Shown one piece after another: positions 50,335 through 60,170 of a stretch of 64,000 nucleotides of DNA. Made by a program: the position numbers and the translations under genes. Every line of letters begins with the position of its first letter. Within the stretch, counting starts at the first letter, position 1. The notes below the pieces were generated by a model, which searched no databases, was not told where the DNA came from, and worked only from the letters and a program-made list of their open reading frames with translations. This DNA is from Candidatus Latescibacterota bacterium (GTDB taxonomy: Bacteria; Latescibacterota; UBA2968; UBA8231). The stretch lies in assembly GCA_965203355.1 (NCBI GenBank), contig OZ241889.1, forward strand, positions 3,744,001 through 3,808,000, given 5' to 3'.

Positions 50335-53300
50335 TCAGGTTTTCCCCGGCTGATTTCCGAACACCAATGAGTAAACCACCGGGACCACGATCAGCGTCAG
50401 CCCGGTCGACAGCGTCAGCCCGCCGATGATGACCCAAGCCATTGGCTGATGCAATTCCGCGCCCTGCCCGGTAGAAAGTGCCATCGGCAACAGACCCAGC
50501 ACTGTGGTCACCGTGGTCATGGCTATGGGGCGCAGCCGCTTGCGGCCCGCTTCGGCTATGGCGGTATGCAGGTCGGCCCCGGCTAGGTGGCGGTTGCGGA
50601 TAAAATCCACCTTGACGATCGAGTCGTTGACCACAATGCCGACGAGCACCACAGCCCCCATAGCCGACATAAAATTGAGCGTCTGACCCGTCGCATAGAG
50701 CGTCGCAACCGCGCAGACCAGCGCCAGCGGTACAACCGCAATGACCACGAAAGGCATCTTGAGCGATTCAAACTTGGCGGCGAGGATGGCAAATACCAGG
50801 CAAAAGGAAACCGCCAAAGCCAGCGCCAAGTCGGCCAACATCTCCTGCATCGCGTCGTCAACCGCCCCAATCTCCAACCAAACGTCTTGGGGCTTTTCTA
50901 TCCGGTCCGCCGCGGCCGTCAATTCCCGCCTAGCCGCGGCCACATCCCCTTGCACGAGTTCGGCCCCCACCTCCACGATCCGGCTGCGGTTTTTCCGATG
51001 CAGCGCAGCATAGCCCGTGTAAGGTGCGATGGAAACCAACTGATCGACCGGTGCGTACGCGGTCTTATCCTGCTGGCGAATGGGATAGCTCAACCGCTTT
51101 AGGGCTTCCGTTCCGATATCCCCTTCCCGGCCCACGACCAACCGGACATCCACCTCGCGAGCATAGTCGGCCAACGAGGTCGGCTGGCTGCCTTGTACCG
51201 CACGGCGGAGAAAGTCGGCGAGTTTGGCCGCGTCAATGCCGTACAGTGTCGCCTTATCGCGGTCGAGGGCCACTTCGTACCCACCAGCCCCGGCGGCGAG
51301 GCTCGACTGGACGCGCCCAAAACGCGGCATGTCCTCCATCAGCTCCACAATAGCCTGGCTCACCGCGGCCAAGTCGCCCCAGTCCTCGCCGTTTAAGCGC
51401 ACAGCGAAATCGCTGGTCTTGGGCGGGAAGAAGTGCTCGAGAAAGGACGGCGGCGACCGCACGCTCAGCTCGTACCCGGCGGCCGGGCGGCCCAAAGCAC
51501 TTAGCCGCGCCGCGACCGCGTCGGTATCGGCCGCTCGGGCAATTTTCACCTCGATCGCGGCCTTGTTGGCCCCCGGGCGGTGCGACTGGTCAAAATCGAC
51601 ATCCGTTATGCCCACAGATGAATAGACCGTTTGGATCGCCGGGTCCGCTCCCAAATGCCGCTCGATTTCAGCGACTGCGGCCAGCGTCCGCCGCAGCATG
51701 GACGACGCTGGAAATTCCACTTCGAGCACCAACCGCTTCCGGTCCACTGTGGGCATTAACTCCCGCTCGACCCCGGCCCCCAAGAGCAAACCCAGCCCAG
51801 CCGCTACCGCCAGCGCGGCCAGCGTCGCGGCCTTGTTTCGCAGGCAGACCGCCAAGAGACTTTCGTACCGTCGGATCGCTCCCGCGCCCAGCGCGTCGGC
51901 GCGGTCGCCGAGTGGAGCGAGCAAGGGCAGCTTGCCCAGCAGACGCGACTGGCCGCGCGACAGCAGCATGGAGACTAGGGTGATCGACGCAAATAAAGAT
52001 AGGGTCAGCGACGCTACGACCGTGATGGCTTGATCGAAGTACAAGGCCCCGGCCAGCCCTTCGATGTACACCAGCGGCAAAAAAACAGACACCGTCGTGA
52101 ACGTCGAGGCGGCAATGGGCAGACTGACCTCGCGGGTGCCCTCAATGGCCGCTTCCACCAGCGGACAGCCCTGTTGCCGGAATCGCTTCACATTGTCGAG
52201 GACGATGATGGAATTATCGACCAAGATGCCAATGCCCAAGGCCAGCCCGCCGAGGGAAACCACGTTGAAGTGAATGCCCATGCTGTACATCACCGCAAAG
52301 GTGATGACAATGGATACAGGCACCGCCAGCCCCACGACCAACGGGCTTTTCCAGTCGCGGATGAACAGAAACAGGACGAGTACTGCGAAAAAACCGCCCC
52401 AGTACAGGGAAGAGAGGACATTGTCTACGGCCTCTTGAATGAACTCGGATTGGTCGAAAACCGGAATCACCCTGAAATCCGGGAACTCAAGTGCCAGCGC
52501 CGCCAGCACCGCTGCTACTTTTTGGGCGGTCTTTATCGTATTATCCCCAGACTTCTTGTACAGATACAAAGTGATCGCGTCTTTGCCATTGAGCCGGTTG
52601 TAGCCGGTCGGCTCTTTGAATCCGTACTTTGCCGTGGCAATGTCCTCGAGGAAAACCGTCGTATTATCGACGCGCTTGACCGGTACCTTTCTCAGGTCCT
52701 CAATGTTCCGGTAGCGGCCTTCTATCCGCAGCGGATACACCAAGTGCCCTTCGCGGATGGTCCCTCCGGCCGCCCGGGTGCTAAATCGCGTCAAGGCCGC
52801 CTCGACATCGGCAAACTCCACGCCGTATGCGAGACTTTTGCGGCGGTCGATCTCGATCTCGACCTCCCTTTCCAAGCCGCCGGCCACGAGTGCTTGCGCC
52901 ACGCCTTGGACTTGCTCCAGCCGGGGTTTCACGACCGCTTCGGCAACCTCCTTGAGCTCGACCAAGGCCGCCCGATAATCCGCATCCGAAACCGGGTGCT
53001 CTATCCGGTCTCCGGTGACCGCGAGCATCATAAATGGAGACGACGACGGATCAAAGCGCAAAATCGTCGGCCTTCCGGCGAAATCAGGCAACAGTTGTTG
53101 GATCCGGTCGAGCTTGTTGCGGACCTCGATGAAGGTCAGGTCCATATCGGCGTCCCAACTGAACTCCAAGTAGAAAAGCGAGCGCTCATCCCGCGATACA
53201 GAGCGGATATTCCTAATGTTGTACAAGCCGCTCAACGCGGCCTCTATCGTTTGCGCGACCTGTTCTTCAATGTCGATGGCTGACGCGCCCGGACACTCGG

Positions 53301-53457
53301 TCTTTATCGCCAGTTTCTGAACTTCGACATCCGGCAGGAAATCCACCCCCATCTTATAAAATGAATAGCCCCCCAACAGAACGGCGGCCGCATAGACCAC
53401 AACCGTTGTTACCGGACGCCTCACAGAAGAGGCGGTCAGATTAGCCGGGGTAGCCAT
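50335..53457 (-). CDS. RND efflux permease (AcrB/MdtB-like)
   Basis: 1040 aa; GILVDNSIIV, GIVVNDSI, RLRPIAMT. Confidence 0.93.
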   Translation of the reverse strand: MATPANLTASSVRRPVTTVVVYAAAVLLGGYSFYKMGVDFLPDVEVQKLAIKTECPGASAIDIEEQVAQTIEAALSGLYNIRNIRSVSRDERSLFYLEFSWDADMDLTFIEVRNKLDRIQQLLPDFAGRPTILRFDPSSSPFMMLAVTGDRIEHPVSDADYRAALVELKEVAEAVVKPRLEQVQGVAQALVAGGLEREVEIEIDRRKSLAYGVEFADVEAALTRFSTRAAGGTIREGHLVYPLRIEGRYRNIEDLRKVPVKRVDNTTVFLEDIATAKYGFKEPTGYNRLNGKDAITLYLYKKSGDNTIKTAQKVAAVLAALALEFPDFRVIPVFDQSEFIQEAVDNVLSSLYWGGFFAVLVLFLFIRDWKSPLVVGLAVPVSIVITFAVMYSMGIHFNVVSLGGLALGIGILVDNSIIVLDNVKRFRQQGCPLVEAAIEGTREVSLPIAASTFTTVSVFLPLVYIEGLAGALYFDQAITVVASLTLSLFASITLVSMLLSRGQSRLLGKLPLLAPLGDRADALGAGAIRRYESLLAVCLRNKAATLAALAVAAGLGLLLGAGVERELMPTVDRKRLVLEVEFPASSMLRRTLAAVAEIERHLGADPAIQTVYSSVGITDVDFDQSHRPGANKAAIEVKIARAADTDAVAARLSALGRPAAGYELSVRSPPSFLEHFFPPKTSDFAVRLNGEDWGDLAAVSQAIVELMEDMPRFGRVQSSLAAGAGGYEVALDRDKATLYGIDAAKLADFLRRAVQGSQPTSLADYAREVDVRLVVGREGDIGTEALKRLSYPIRQQDKTAYAPVDQLVSIAPYTGYAALHRKNRSRIVEVGAELVQGDVAAARRELTAAADRIEKPQDVWLEIGAVDDAMQEMLADLALALAVSFCLVFAILAAKFESLKMPFVVIAVVPLALVCAVATLYATGQTLNFMSAMGAVVLVGIVVNDSIVKVDFIRNRHLAGADLHTAIAEAGRKRLRPIAMTTVTTVLGLLPMALSTGQGAELHQPMAWVIIGGLTLSTGLTLIVVPVVYSLVFGNQPGKT

Positions 53458-54626
53458 TAGAGTTCCTCGTTGACGACGATGACTTGCGCGTTGTGGGCCA
53501 AGTTGAAGTGGCCGGCCGTAATCAGCGTATCCCTAGCGGTCAAGCCGTCCCGCACTTCCACCATCTCGTCCGTCTCCGCGCCGGTTTCGACGTAGCGCCA
53601 CTTCGCCCGACCGCCCTCGTACACGAACACCACTTTCCGGTCGTCGCGGGTGAGCAGGGCGTCCCGCGGCACCAGCAACTTATCTGGGTAGCGGGCGGCC
53701 TCCACGCGCACATGCGCGAACATGCCCGACCGCACCGCTCTATCCGGGTTTTCTATCTCTATGAGGACTCGGCACGTTCGGCGTTCCGGGTCTATCGTTG
53801 GGTTCACCGATACAACGCGGCCGCGTACTGCTTTCTGCGGCAGAGCGGCCAACTCTATCTCGGCGCGCGCACCCAGCCGTATATGCCTGATCTCGGTTTC
53901 CAACACATCCATTTCGAGGCGGAGCCGATCCAGTGACACAATCCGAGCGACCACATCGCCTTTGTTGACGAAGTGGCGGCGGTCCGCTGCTACTTCCGCC
54001 ACGTATCCAGCAAACGGGGCCTCTATGATCGCGTATTCAAGTTCAATCTGCGCCTTTTTGAGTTTCAGCCGCGCCTCGTCAAGCCCGACCTGATTCGCGG
54101 CCAGTTCCTTTCTCGACTTGCTAAAAATGAGTCTGAATGCTTCGACATCGTTGGCATTCGTCGAATCAACGCCCAGCCGCTTGAACATTTGGTCCCTGTT
54201 GCCGAAGTCGCTGGTGAAGAAGGCGATGTTGGCGTATTGAGTGAGTGCCTTGTCCAGTGCCTCTTGGGCCTGTCGCTGGGCTATCCTGAGCAGGTCGTCC
54301 TCTAACAGTACTACGGTATCGCCTTGTTCCACCCAGTCGCCTTCCTGTATGAGCAGCCGCTTGATCTCAGCGGAAACTTGGGCCGTAATCTCAGCCGTCC
54401 TCGTGGCACGGACGTACCCGTACGAGACCACTTGGCGGACCAGCGGCCCCTTGTTCACCTGCATGATGGCCACGGGCTTGCGGGTATCGGCCACCGCTTC
54501 GGTCTGGGAGCGATCCTTAGCCTCTACGGGGTCCGTCGCAAAAAAGCCGATCACGGTGTCGCTCTGGCTGGCCAGCACAAACGCCAACAGCGCGAGTATG
54601 ACTGAATAGAGCACTTTGTCTTTCAT
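53457..54626 (-). CDS. RND periplasmic adaptor (membrane fusion protein)
   Basis: N-terminal TM, EGDWVEQGD lipoyl half, APFAG.V, SGMFA; GGAGG RBS. Confidence 0.92.
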   Translation of the reverse strand: MKDKVLYSVILALLAFVLASQSDTVIGFFATDPVEAKDRSQTEAVADTRKPVAIMQVNKGPLVRQVVSYGYVRATRTAEITAQVSAEIKRLLIQEGDWVEQGDTVVLLEDDLLRIAQRQAQEALDKALTQYANIAFFTSDFGNRDQMFKRLGVDSTNANDVEAFRLIFSKSRKELAANQVGLDEARLKLKKAQIELEYAIIEAPFAGYVAEVAADRRHFVNKGDVVARIVSLDRLRLEMDVLETEIRHIRLGARAEIELAALPQKAVRGRVVSVNPTIDPERRTCRVLIEIENPDRAVRSGMFAHVRVEAARYPDKLLVPRDALLTRDDRKVVFVYEGGRAKWRYVETGAETDEMVEVRDGLTARDTLITAGHFNLAHNAQVIVVNEEL

Positions 54627-54673
54627 GGTGGCATTACCTCCGGGTTGGCCAACAGCGGCTTGCCTTATCTAAA

Positions 54674-54688
54674 GCAAATTCAGTGCCA
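54674..54688 (-). promoter_or_regulatory. Sigma54 -24/-12 promoter
   Basis: TGGCAC-TGAAT-TTGC upstream of the adaptor gene. Confidence 0.85.
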
Positions 54689-54777
54689 AACGGAGGCAAA
54701 AAGCCATAACTCATTGTCAGATAAGGAGTTAGACAAATACACTTCACTTCGCACAAAACGCCCTCTGGCCCCTTGAG

Positions 54778-54871
54778 TGCTCCCTTTAGACGCACCTGTG
54801 CCTCTATTAAACTTCTATCTCACTTTTTTACAATGGGTTATGTCGAGTGCGTCGAAAGGGTCGCAGTGCGT
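54778..54871. promoter_or_regulatory. Putative enhancer (UAS) block, copy 2
   Basis: CCCTTTAGACGCA ... TTCTATCTCAC ... TTACAAnGGGTTA ... TGCGTCGAAAGGG; ~90 bp from its promoter, as copy 1. Confidence 0.7.
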
Positions 54872-54893
54872 TGTATCTGGCCGCGCACCGTCG

Positions 54894-55919
54894 CTACAGG
54901 CGGGTCAAATCCCGTCTGACAAAGGTAATCCACAGCGGGCTAGCCCCCACGTCGTGTTGCGCCAGCGGGATGAGCGCCCCGGTAGCCGCGTCCAGGCGAT
55001 ATGAACGGAGCCGACCCGAATCTTGGCCAACCGAATAGACGAAGCGACCGCTCGGATCTAATTCAAAAAAGCGCGGCGTAGCCTCCGTCGGATAGCGTCC
55101 TTTGGCCGTCAGCCGCCCATCGTCGCCGAGGGCGAAAAGGGCCAGAGAATCGTGGCCGCGATTGGAGGCGTAGAGGAACCGGCCATCGGGCGTGATCTTT
55201 ATTTCGGCTGTGGTGTTGTCCTCGTTGTTAAATCCCGCCGGCAAGGTCGAGATAACTTGAAACGACGACAGCGTCCCGGCCTCCGGGTCGAAGCGGTGAG
55301 CCGACACCGTGCTGCCGTTTTCGTTGACCGAATAGAGAAAATCGCGGGTCGGGTGGAAGGCAAAGTGGCGCGGGCCTTCGGGCGTGTTCGGTTGTATCTG
55401 CGGCGGATCGTTGGGCGTCAGCCGCCCGGTTTGCTCGTCAAAGCAAAACTGAAATATCGCGTTGGCCGGATTCGTATGCGGCACAAAGGCAAAGCGGTTG
55501 GAGCGGTCGGTCTGGATGCTGTGGGCGTGGACAGCCGTGGCAAACACTTGCAGCGGCTCGGCCGAGAGCGCACCGTCCGCGGCCACGCCGTGTACGGCGA
55601 CCTGACCCGAGCCATAGTAAGACGACAGCAAAAAGGCCCCGGTGTGGTCCAAAAACAAATAGGGCGGGCCTTCTGCTAAGCGCGTCTCGGCCCGTTTGAC
55701 GAGCGTTCCTTGCTCCCGATCGATCGCATAGCTAGCCAGTTTTTTCGCCGAGCGCAGGGCCACAAACATCTGCGTCCCGTCCGGGCGCACCGTCACCGCC
55801 CCGGGCGCGTCCTCCAACTCAATATGGGGCTGCGGCTCTAACGCGCCGCTGTCTTCGTCCATCAGAAAATGCGAAAAAAAGCGGCTGCCCGCGTTTGAAA
55901 TATAGACGTGATAGGCCAT
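54894..55919 (-). CDS. pgl: 6-phosphogluconolactonase-like lactonase
   Basis: HAHSI, GPRHFAFHP, VNE, TPDGRFLYASNRGHDS, TPRFF. Confidence 0.8.
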   Translation of the reverse strand: MAYHVYISNAGSRFFSHFLMDEDSGALEPQPHIELEDAPGAVTVRPDGTQMFVALRSAKKLASYAIDREQGTLVKRAETRLAEGPPYLFLDHTGAFLLSSYYGSGQVAVHGVAADGALSAEPLQVFATAVHAHSIQTDRSNRFAFVPHTNPANAIFQFCFDEQTGRLTPNDPPQIQPNTPEGPRHFAFHPTRDFLYSVNENGSTVSAHRFDPEAGTLSSFQVISTLPAGFNNEDNTTAEIKITPDGRFLYASNRGHDSLALFALGDDGRLTAKGRYPTEATPRFFELDPSGRFVYSVGQDSGRLRSYRLDAATGALIPLAQHDVGASPLWITFVRRDLTRL

Positions 55920-55940
55920 GAAAATCTCCTCCAAAAGGGA

Positions 55941-56516
55941 TTAGGGACGCGCCACTTCACGCAAGGAGCGCAAAAAAGCGGCGGGATCGACCGGGCCGAG
56001 CAAAAGGGCGTGGGAGCCGCGCGTTGGAATATATACGACGTGCGGCGCACCCGTGTAGAAAACGTGCGCCTTCTCCCCGCTGTGTAGATAAAACGCCCCG
56101 CCGTAAAAAAAGAACGCGCTAATCGCAAAAATTTTGTTCCTAGGCCGGTATTGAGGCGCGGCCAGCAAATCGACAGCGCGGGCCTCCTCCACCTTGAGTT
56201 CTTCATAGGCGAAGTGCTTGCCGTGGGCGCTATTGCGGATGAGCAAGTGGCCGTCTAGCAAGACAAAATCCGTGCGGCGCGCACTTAGATAAAACCAAGT
56301 GAAAACCGAGAAAAAGATGAACAGCATCAGCACGTACGACGAACCCAAGGCCACGGGCGCGGCCACGCGGGCCACCGGACCGTGCGGCTCAATGACCGCG
56401 TAGAGCGCGAGGGTCAGCACCGCGAAAAAAACCGTGATCGCGGCAAAAGACCCGGCCAGCACTTTGCCGAACAGGGCGGTAGAAGGCGGCTGGATGAGAA
56501 AAATGCGCGGGTCCAC
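55941..56516 (-). CDS. Membrane protein with bacterial PH-like domain
   Basis: Two TM helices followed by G.F.L.SGEKA..F...VVYIPT. Confidence 0.6.
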   Translation of the reverse strand: MDPRIFLIQPPSTALFGKVLAGSFAAITVFFAVLTLALYAVIEPHGPVARVAAPVALGSSYVLMLFIFFSVFTWFYLSARRTDFVLLDGHLLIRNSAHGKHFAYEELKVEEARAVDLLAAPQYRPRNKIFAISAFFFYGGAFYLHSGEKAHVFYTGAPHVVYIPTRGSHALLLGPVDPAAFLRSLREVARP

Positions 56517-56517
56517 G

Positions 56518-57366
56518 TCAACTCGCTCTAAGTAGCATCAAGCCGCCGACAATCGCGAGGATGCCGATGGTTTTGACAGCCGTGAACCGTTCTTTGAGAA
56601 AAATCCAGCCCAGCAGGGCGCCGATTACGACCGATGACTCGCGCGCGGCAATGATATAGCTGACCGGCCCTTGGGTATAGGCGTACAGTATCAGCAGATA
56701 GGTCGCCAGCGAGCCTGCGCCAATCAAGGCGATATATCCGCAAGAGGCGCGTGCCGTCGCCAGCAACTCCGCCCGGTATTGGCGCACTATAAAGGGCATG
56801 CGCACGAAGGTCGCGATGATCCACATGCCGCCGATGTAGTAAATGGGTTGCACGTATCCTACGCCTATTTTGTCGATCAGCGAGTAACAGACAATCGTCA
56901 GCCCCACGCTCAGGGCCAGTTGCAAGCCGCGCGGTTGGAGCTTGAGGGCCGGGGCGCCAACGCAGAAAATCCCAAGGAGCGTTAGGCCGATCCCGCCCGC
57001 GCCCAGCCGCGAAATGGCCTCGTCCAAGCTGAGATAAGCGACCAAAGCCGTCAGCCCCACGCCCGAGCCGCGGGCAATCGGGTACACCGTCGAGATCTCG
57101 CCGTGCTCGTACGCCCGCGCCAGCAGCGCAAAGTACAGCGCGTGCAAAATGCCCGTGGCCAGCAAGCAGAGACCGCCCGGCCACGACAGGGCCAGCGGCG
57201 TACCCTGCCACCAGATATAAGCGCACAGCGGCAGGACGAACAGGACGCCAGCGGCCAAGGAGAGCCACATCACCGCCATATTGCCGGCGACCTTGTACGC
57301 GGCGAAATTCCACAGGGCGTGGCCGATGGCCGCCGCCAGCACCAGCCCCCAGACATCGGCGTTCAT
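56518..57366 (-). CDS. EamA/DMT family transporter
   Basis: HALWN, AY..GE.S.VYPIARG, YSLIDK, ARESSV. Confidence 0.88.
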   Translation of the reverse strand: MNADVWGLVLAAAIGHALWNFAAYKVAGNMAVMWLSLAAGVLFVLPLCAYIWWQGTPLALSWPGGLCLLATGILHALYFALLARAYEHGEISTVYPIARGSGVGLTALVAYLSLDEAISRLGAGGIGLTLLGIFCVGAPALKLQPRGLQLALSVGLTIVCYSLIDKIGVGYVQPIYYIGGMWIIATFVRMPFIVRQYRAELLATARASCGYIALIGAGSLATYLLILYAYTQGPVSYIIAARESSVVIGALLGWIFLKERFTAVKTIGILAIVGGLMLLRAS

Positions 57367-57439
57367 TATCTTAATACAAAATCAATTCGGGTAAATTGGG
57401 CCGGTTGACCATAGCGAGATTGAGCCCGCGCGTCAAATA

Positions 57440-58423
57440 ATGAATATTCTAAAGATGCAATCCGCGACCGACACACCTACCTTCGCGGCAGTGGAAGAAG
57501 CCGCTGCGTTTATCAGCGCCCATCTCGCGCCGACGCCGCTGGTCCACTGCTGGAAACTCTCGCAAATGCTAGGCTGCACATACCACGCCAAATGCGAGAA
57601 CTTGCAGCCCGTGGGCGCCTTTAAGGTGCGCGGCGGCGTCAACCTCATCGGGCACTTGTCCCCGGCCGAGCGACAGCGGGGCGTCATCAGCGCGAGCACC
57701 GGCAATCACGGCCAGTCGCTGGCATACGCCGGTCAGCTCTTTGACGCGCCAGTGACCATCTACGGCCCAGCCCACGCCAGCAACCCCGCCAAAGTCGCGG
57801 CCATGCGCGCCCTCGGCGCAGAAGTCCGTCTCGTTGGCCGCGATTTCGACGAGGCCCGCCAGCACGTCGAGCGCGAAGCACACCGCACCGGCTGCCGCTA
57901 CGTGCATTCGGCTAACGAGCCGTTGCTGATCGCGGGCGTGGGCACCATGGGCTTGGAGATTTTTGCCGACCAGCCCGATATAGAAACGCTGATCGTGCCC
58001 GTGGGCGGCGGCAGCGGTATCTGCGGCATCGCCCGCCATCTAAACCCATCCGTCGAAATCATCGGCGTACAAAGCGAGAGCGCACCGGCCTGCCACCGAG
58101 CCTGGCACCAGCGGCGGCTCGACGTGGAGGCCCCCATGGCCACGCGGCACGAAGGGCTAGCCACGCGCGTACCCTTTGCCATGACCTCGCACATGATGTG
58201 GGAACTCGTCGATCGCTTTGAACTGGTCACCGACGAAGAAATCGACGCGGCCATGGGCCTGTTGGCGCGCGAGGCTAAGCTAGTCGCCGAAGGAGCCGGC
58301 GCCGCGTCCTTGGCTGCGGCCCTGAAAATGCGCGCGTCCTTGGCCGGTAAAAAAGTAGTCGGCATCCTCAGCGGCGGGAATGCGCCCGCCGACCACGTAG
58401 CGCGGATTTTGCAAAATGGCTAA
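57440..58423 (+). CDS. PLP-dependent threonine/serine dehydratase family enzyme
   Basis: KCENLQPVGAFKVRG, STGNHG, PVGGGSG, ILSGGN. Confidence 0.9.
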   Translation: MNILKMQSATDTPTFAAVEEAAAFISAHLAPTPLVHCWKLSQMLGCTYHAKCENLQPVGAFKVRGGVNLIGHLSPAERQRGVISASTGNHGQSLAYAGQLFDAPVTIYGPAHASNPAKVAAMRALGAEVRLVGRDFDEARQHVEREAHRTGCRYVHSANEPLLIAGVGTMGLEIFADQPDIETLIVPVGGGSGICGIARHLNPSVEIIGVQSESAPACHRAWHQRRLDVEAPMATRHEGLATRVPFAMTSHMMWELVDRFELVTDEEIDAAMGLLAREAKLVAEGAGAASLAAALKMRASLAGKKVVGILSGGNAPADHVARILQNG

Positions 58424-60098
58424 GCGCAAAAAGGGCCGACGCCGGGGTGCGGCCGCCCGCGCCAATACCGAGTTGGACGCGCACATGGCATCGCTGGGCC
58501 TAGCGGCCATTGAAGCGTACAAGGTCTGGTGCCGCCAGCACGGATTTAGCGCGGCCCTAAGCAAGACTTGGCAGGAGCGGCGGCAAGAGCGCGCCGCACA
58601 CCAGCGCGACCAACACACCGCCCAAGCCGAAGAAACCCTGCGGCAACACGTCGCCCAACTAGGGTTAGACGGAGTGGCTGCCTACCAAGCGTGGTGTCGG
58701 CAGCAAGGACTCGGCGACGCCGTTCACAAAAGCGCGGCCCAGCGCACCAAAGAACTCAAGCTCCACCAGCATATTCAGAGCACCCAAGCCCTGCACAAGG
58801 GCCGCAAGCACAGCCGACGCACCAAAGACCTCATTCACCAGCTTTGGGCTGGCGCCCTCGCCGAGGAAAAGCTGCACACCGAAGTCCTGCGCCTGATCTA
58901 TCGGGCCTTTGCCGGACTCGCTGGCGACCAGCGGACGCAGCTACGGGATTTGCTCTTACACGTAGAGAAGCGGGCCCCCAACCTGCTCGACGCCCGGCCA
59001 GCCCTCCAGCGCTGGGGGCGCGTGGAGGGCAACACCTTCGTCGAAGCACTCGGCGCGTTGGCCCGGCACAGCGACGCTTGGCAGCAGTCGCCATCCGCGT
59101 GGAGGCCAGACAGCCGCAACGCCCGGCGGCAATTCGCCGCGCTATCCCGATTTCTGTTGGCCTGCTATGACGTGCCCTCTTGTTTGGATTCGGGGTGGTT
59201 CGGCGGCTGGACGCCAGCGGCCAAACGCCAGCAGGGGTGGTTCGTTCACGTGGGCAGCGGGCAGAACATCCGCACGGCCGCGCTGCCGCTCGTGCTTTCC
59301 AAGCGCATGGCACACATTTTTGCCGAGGCGCCAAACGAACTAACGGCGACCGAGGCGCTGCGCTGGGCACAAGTGGTGGGTCAAGGAGGCCGCGAGGAGC
59401 TGGCGCAGGCCGTACTAGCCACAGAATTGGGTCGCTGTTTTGCCGACGAATCCTTCTGGAGCACAGTCGTCCTCTTCCTCGTCGAAAACCCCATGCTCGA
59501 CCCGGATATGGTGGGGCCAATCGTCGATTACATCAATCAGCAAAAATTCGTCCCCACAGCGGAAGGCGAGCCAGCGCAGCCCAACTACACCATGAAGGGA
59601 CGCAGCGCGGTCAAGCTCCTGCGCCAAGTCGAAGAATGGCACGAGCACCTAGCCCGCGATAACCGCCAGCCTTCAGGGCGTTGGGCATCGTCAGGCATAG
59701 CGGGCTTTGAGTGGTTGGACGACAAAGAAGAAGGGCTGCGTTGGACCATTCACGAGCTTACGTCCAAGAAGGAACTCACGCTCGAAGGACGGGCCATGAA
59801 CCACTGCGTCGCCTCCTATGTGCCCAACTGCCGACGAGGTAGCAAATCGGTGTGGTCCATGCAGGCCGCCGATGCCGAAGGCCACCGCGCCAGAGTGGCG
59901 ACCATCGCCATGCACAATCCGAGCCGCAATATCGTCGAGGTGCGCGGGCGGTTCAACGCCGTGCCGCGGCGGTCGGGAAAAAATCCAAAAAACAGGACAT
60001 TAGAGCGGCCCTATCGAGCCCTGCTAGCGCGCGCTGGTGCCGTGTTGCGGAAGTGGATTGAGGCCGAAGAGTTGGGGCGGACGACGCGGGCGTACTAG
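58416..60098 (+). CDS. PcfJ-domain protein
   Basis: MKGRS...LLRQVEEWH, EL..EG.AMNHCVASY, RGRFN. Confidence 0.75.
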   Translation: MAKRKKGRRRGAAARANTELDAHMASLGLAAIEAYKVWCRQHGFSAALSKTWQERRQERAAHQRDQHTAQAEETLRQHVAQLGLDGVAAYQAWCRQQGLGDAVHKSAAQRTKELKLHQHIQSTQALHKGRKHSRRTKDLIHQLWAGALAEEKLHTEVLRLIYRAFAGLAGDQRTQLRDLLLHVEKRAPNLLDARPALQRWGRVEGNTFVEALGALARHSDAWQQSPSAWRPDSRNARRQFAALSRFLLACYDVPSCLDSGWFGGWTPAAKRQQGWFVHVGSGQNIRTAALPLVLSKRMAHIFAEAPNELTATEALRWAQVVGQGGREELAQAVLATELGRCFADESFWSTVVLFLVENPMLDPDMVGPIVDYINQQKFVPTAEGEPAQPNYTMKGRSAVKLLRQVEEWHEHLARDNRQPSGRWASSGIAGFEWLDDKEEGLRWTIHELTSKKELTLEGRAMNHCVASYVPNCRRGSKSVWSMQAADAEGHRARVATIAMHNPSRNIVEVRGRFNAVPRRSGKNPKNRTLERPYRALLARAGAVLRKWIEAEELGRTTRAY

Positions 60099-60170
60099 CA
60101 CAGCAGATGGGTTGACTCCTCCTGAAACCGTCAGATGTTAAAGACACTCCAATCTTGAAAGGGTAAGGAT

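Noticed and set aside
2334-59520. Long antisense or alternate-frame ORFs (e.g. 2334-3359, 32710-33993, 52030-53283)
   Set aside because: Shadow ORFs of well-supported genes in GC-rich DNA, with no recognisable motifs.
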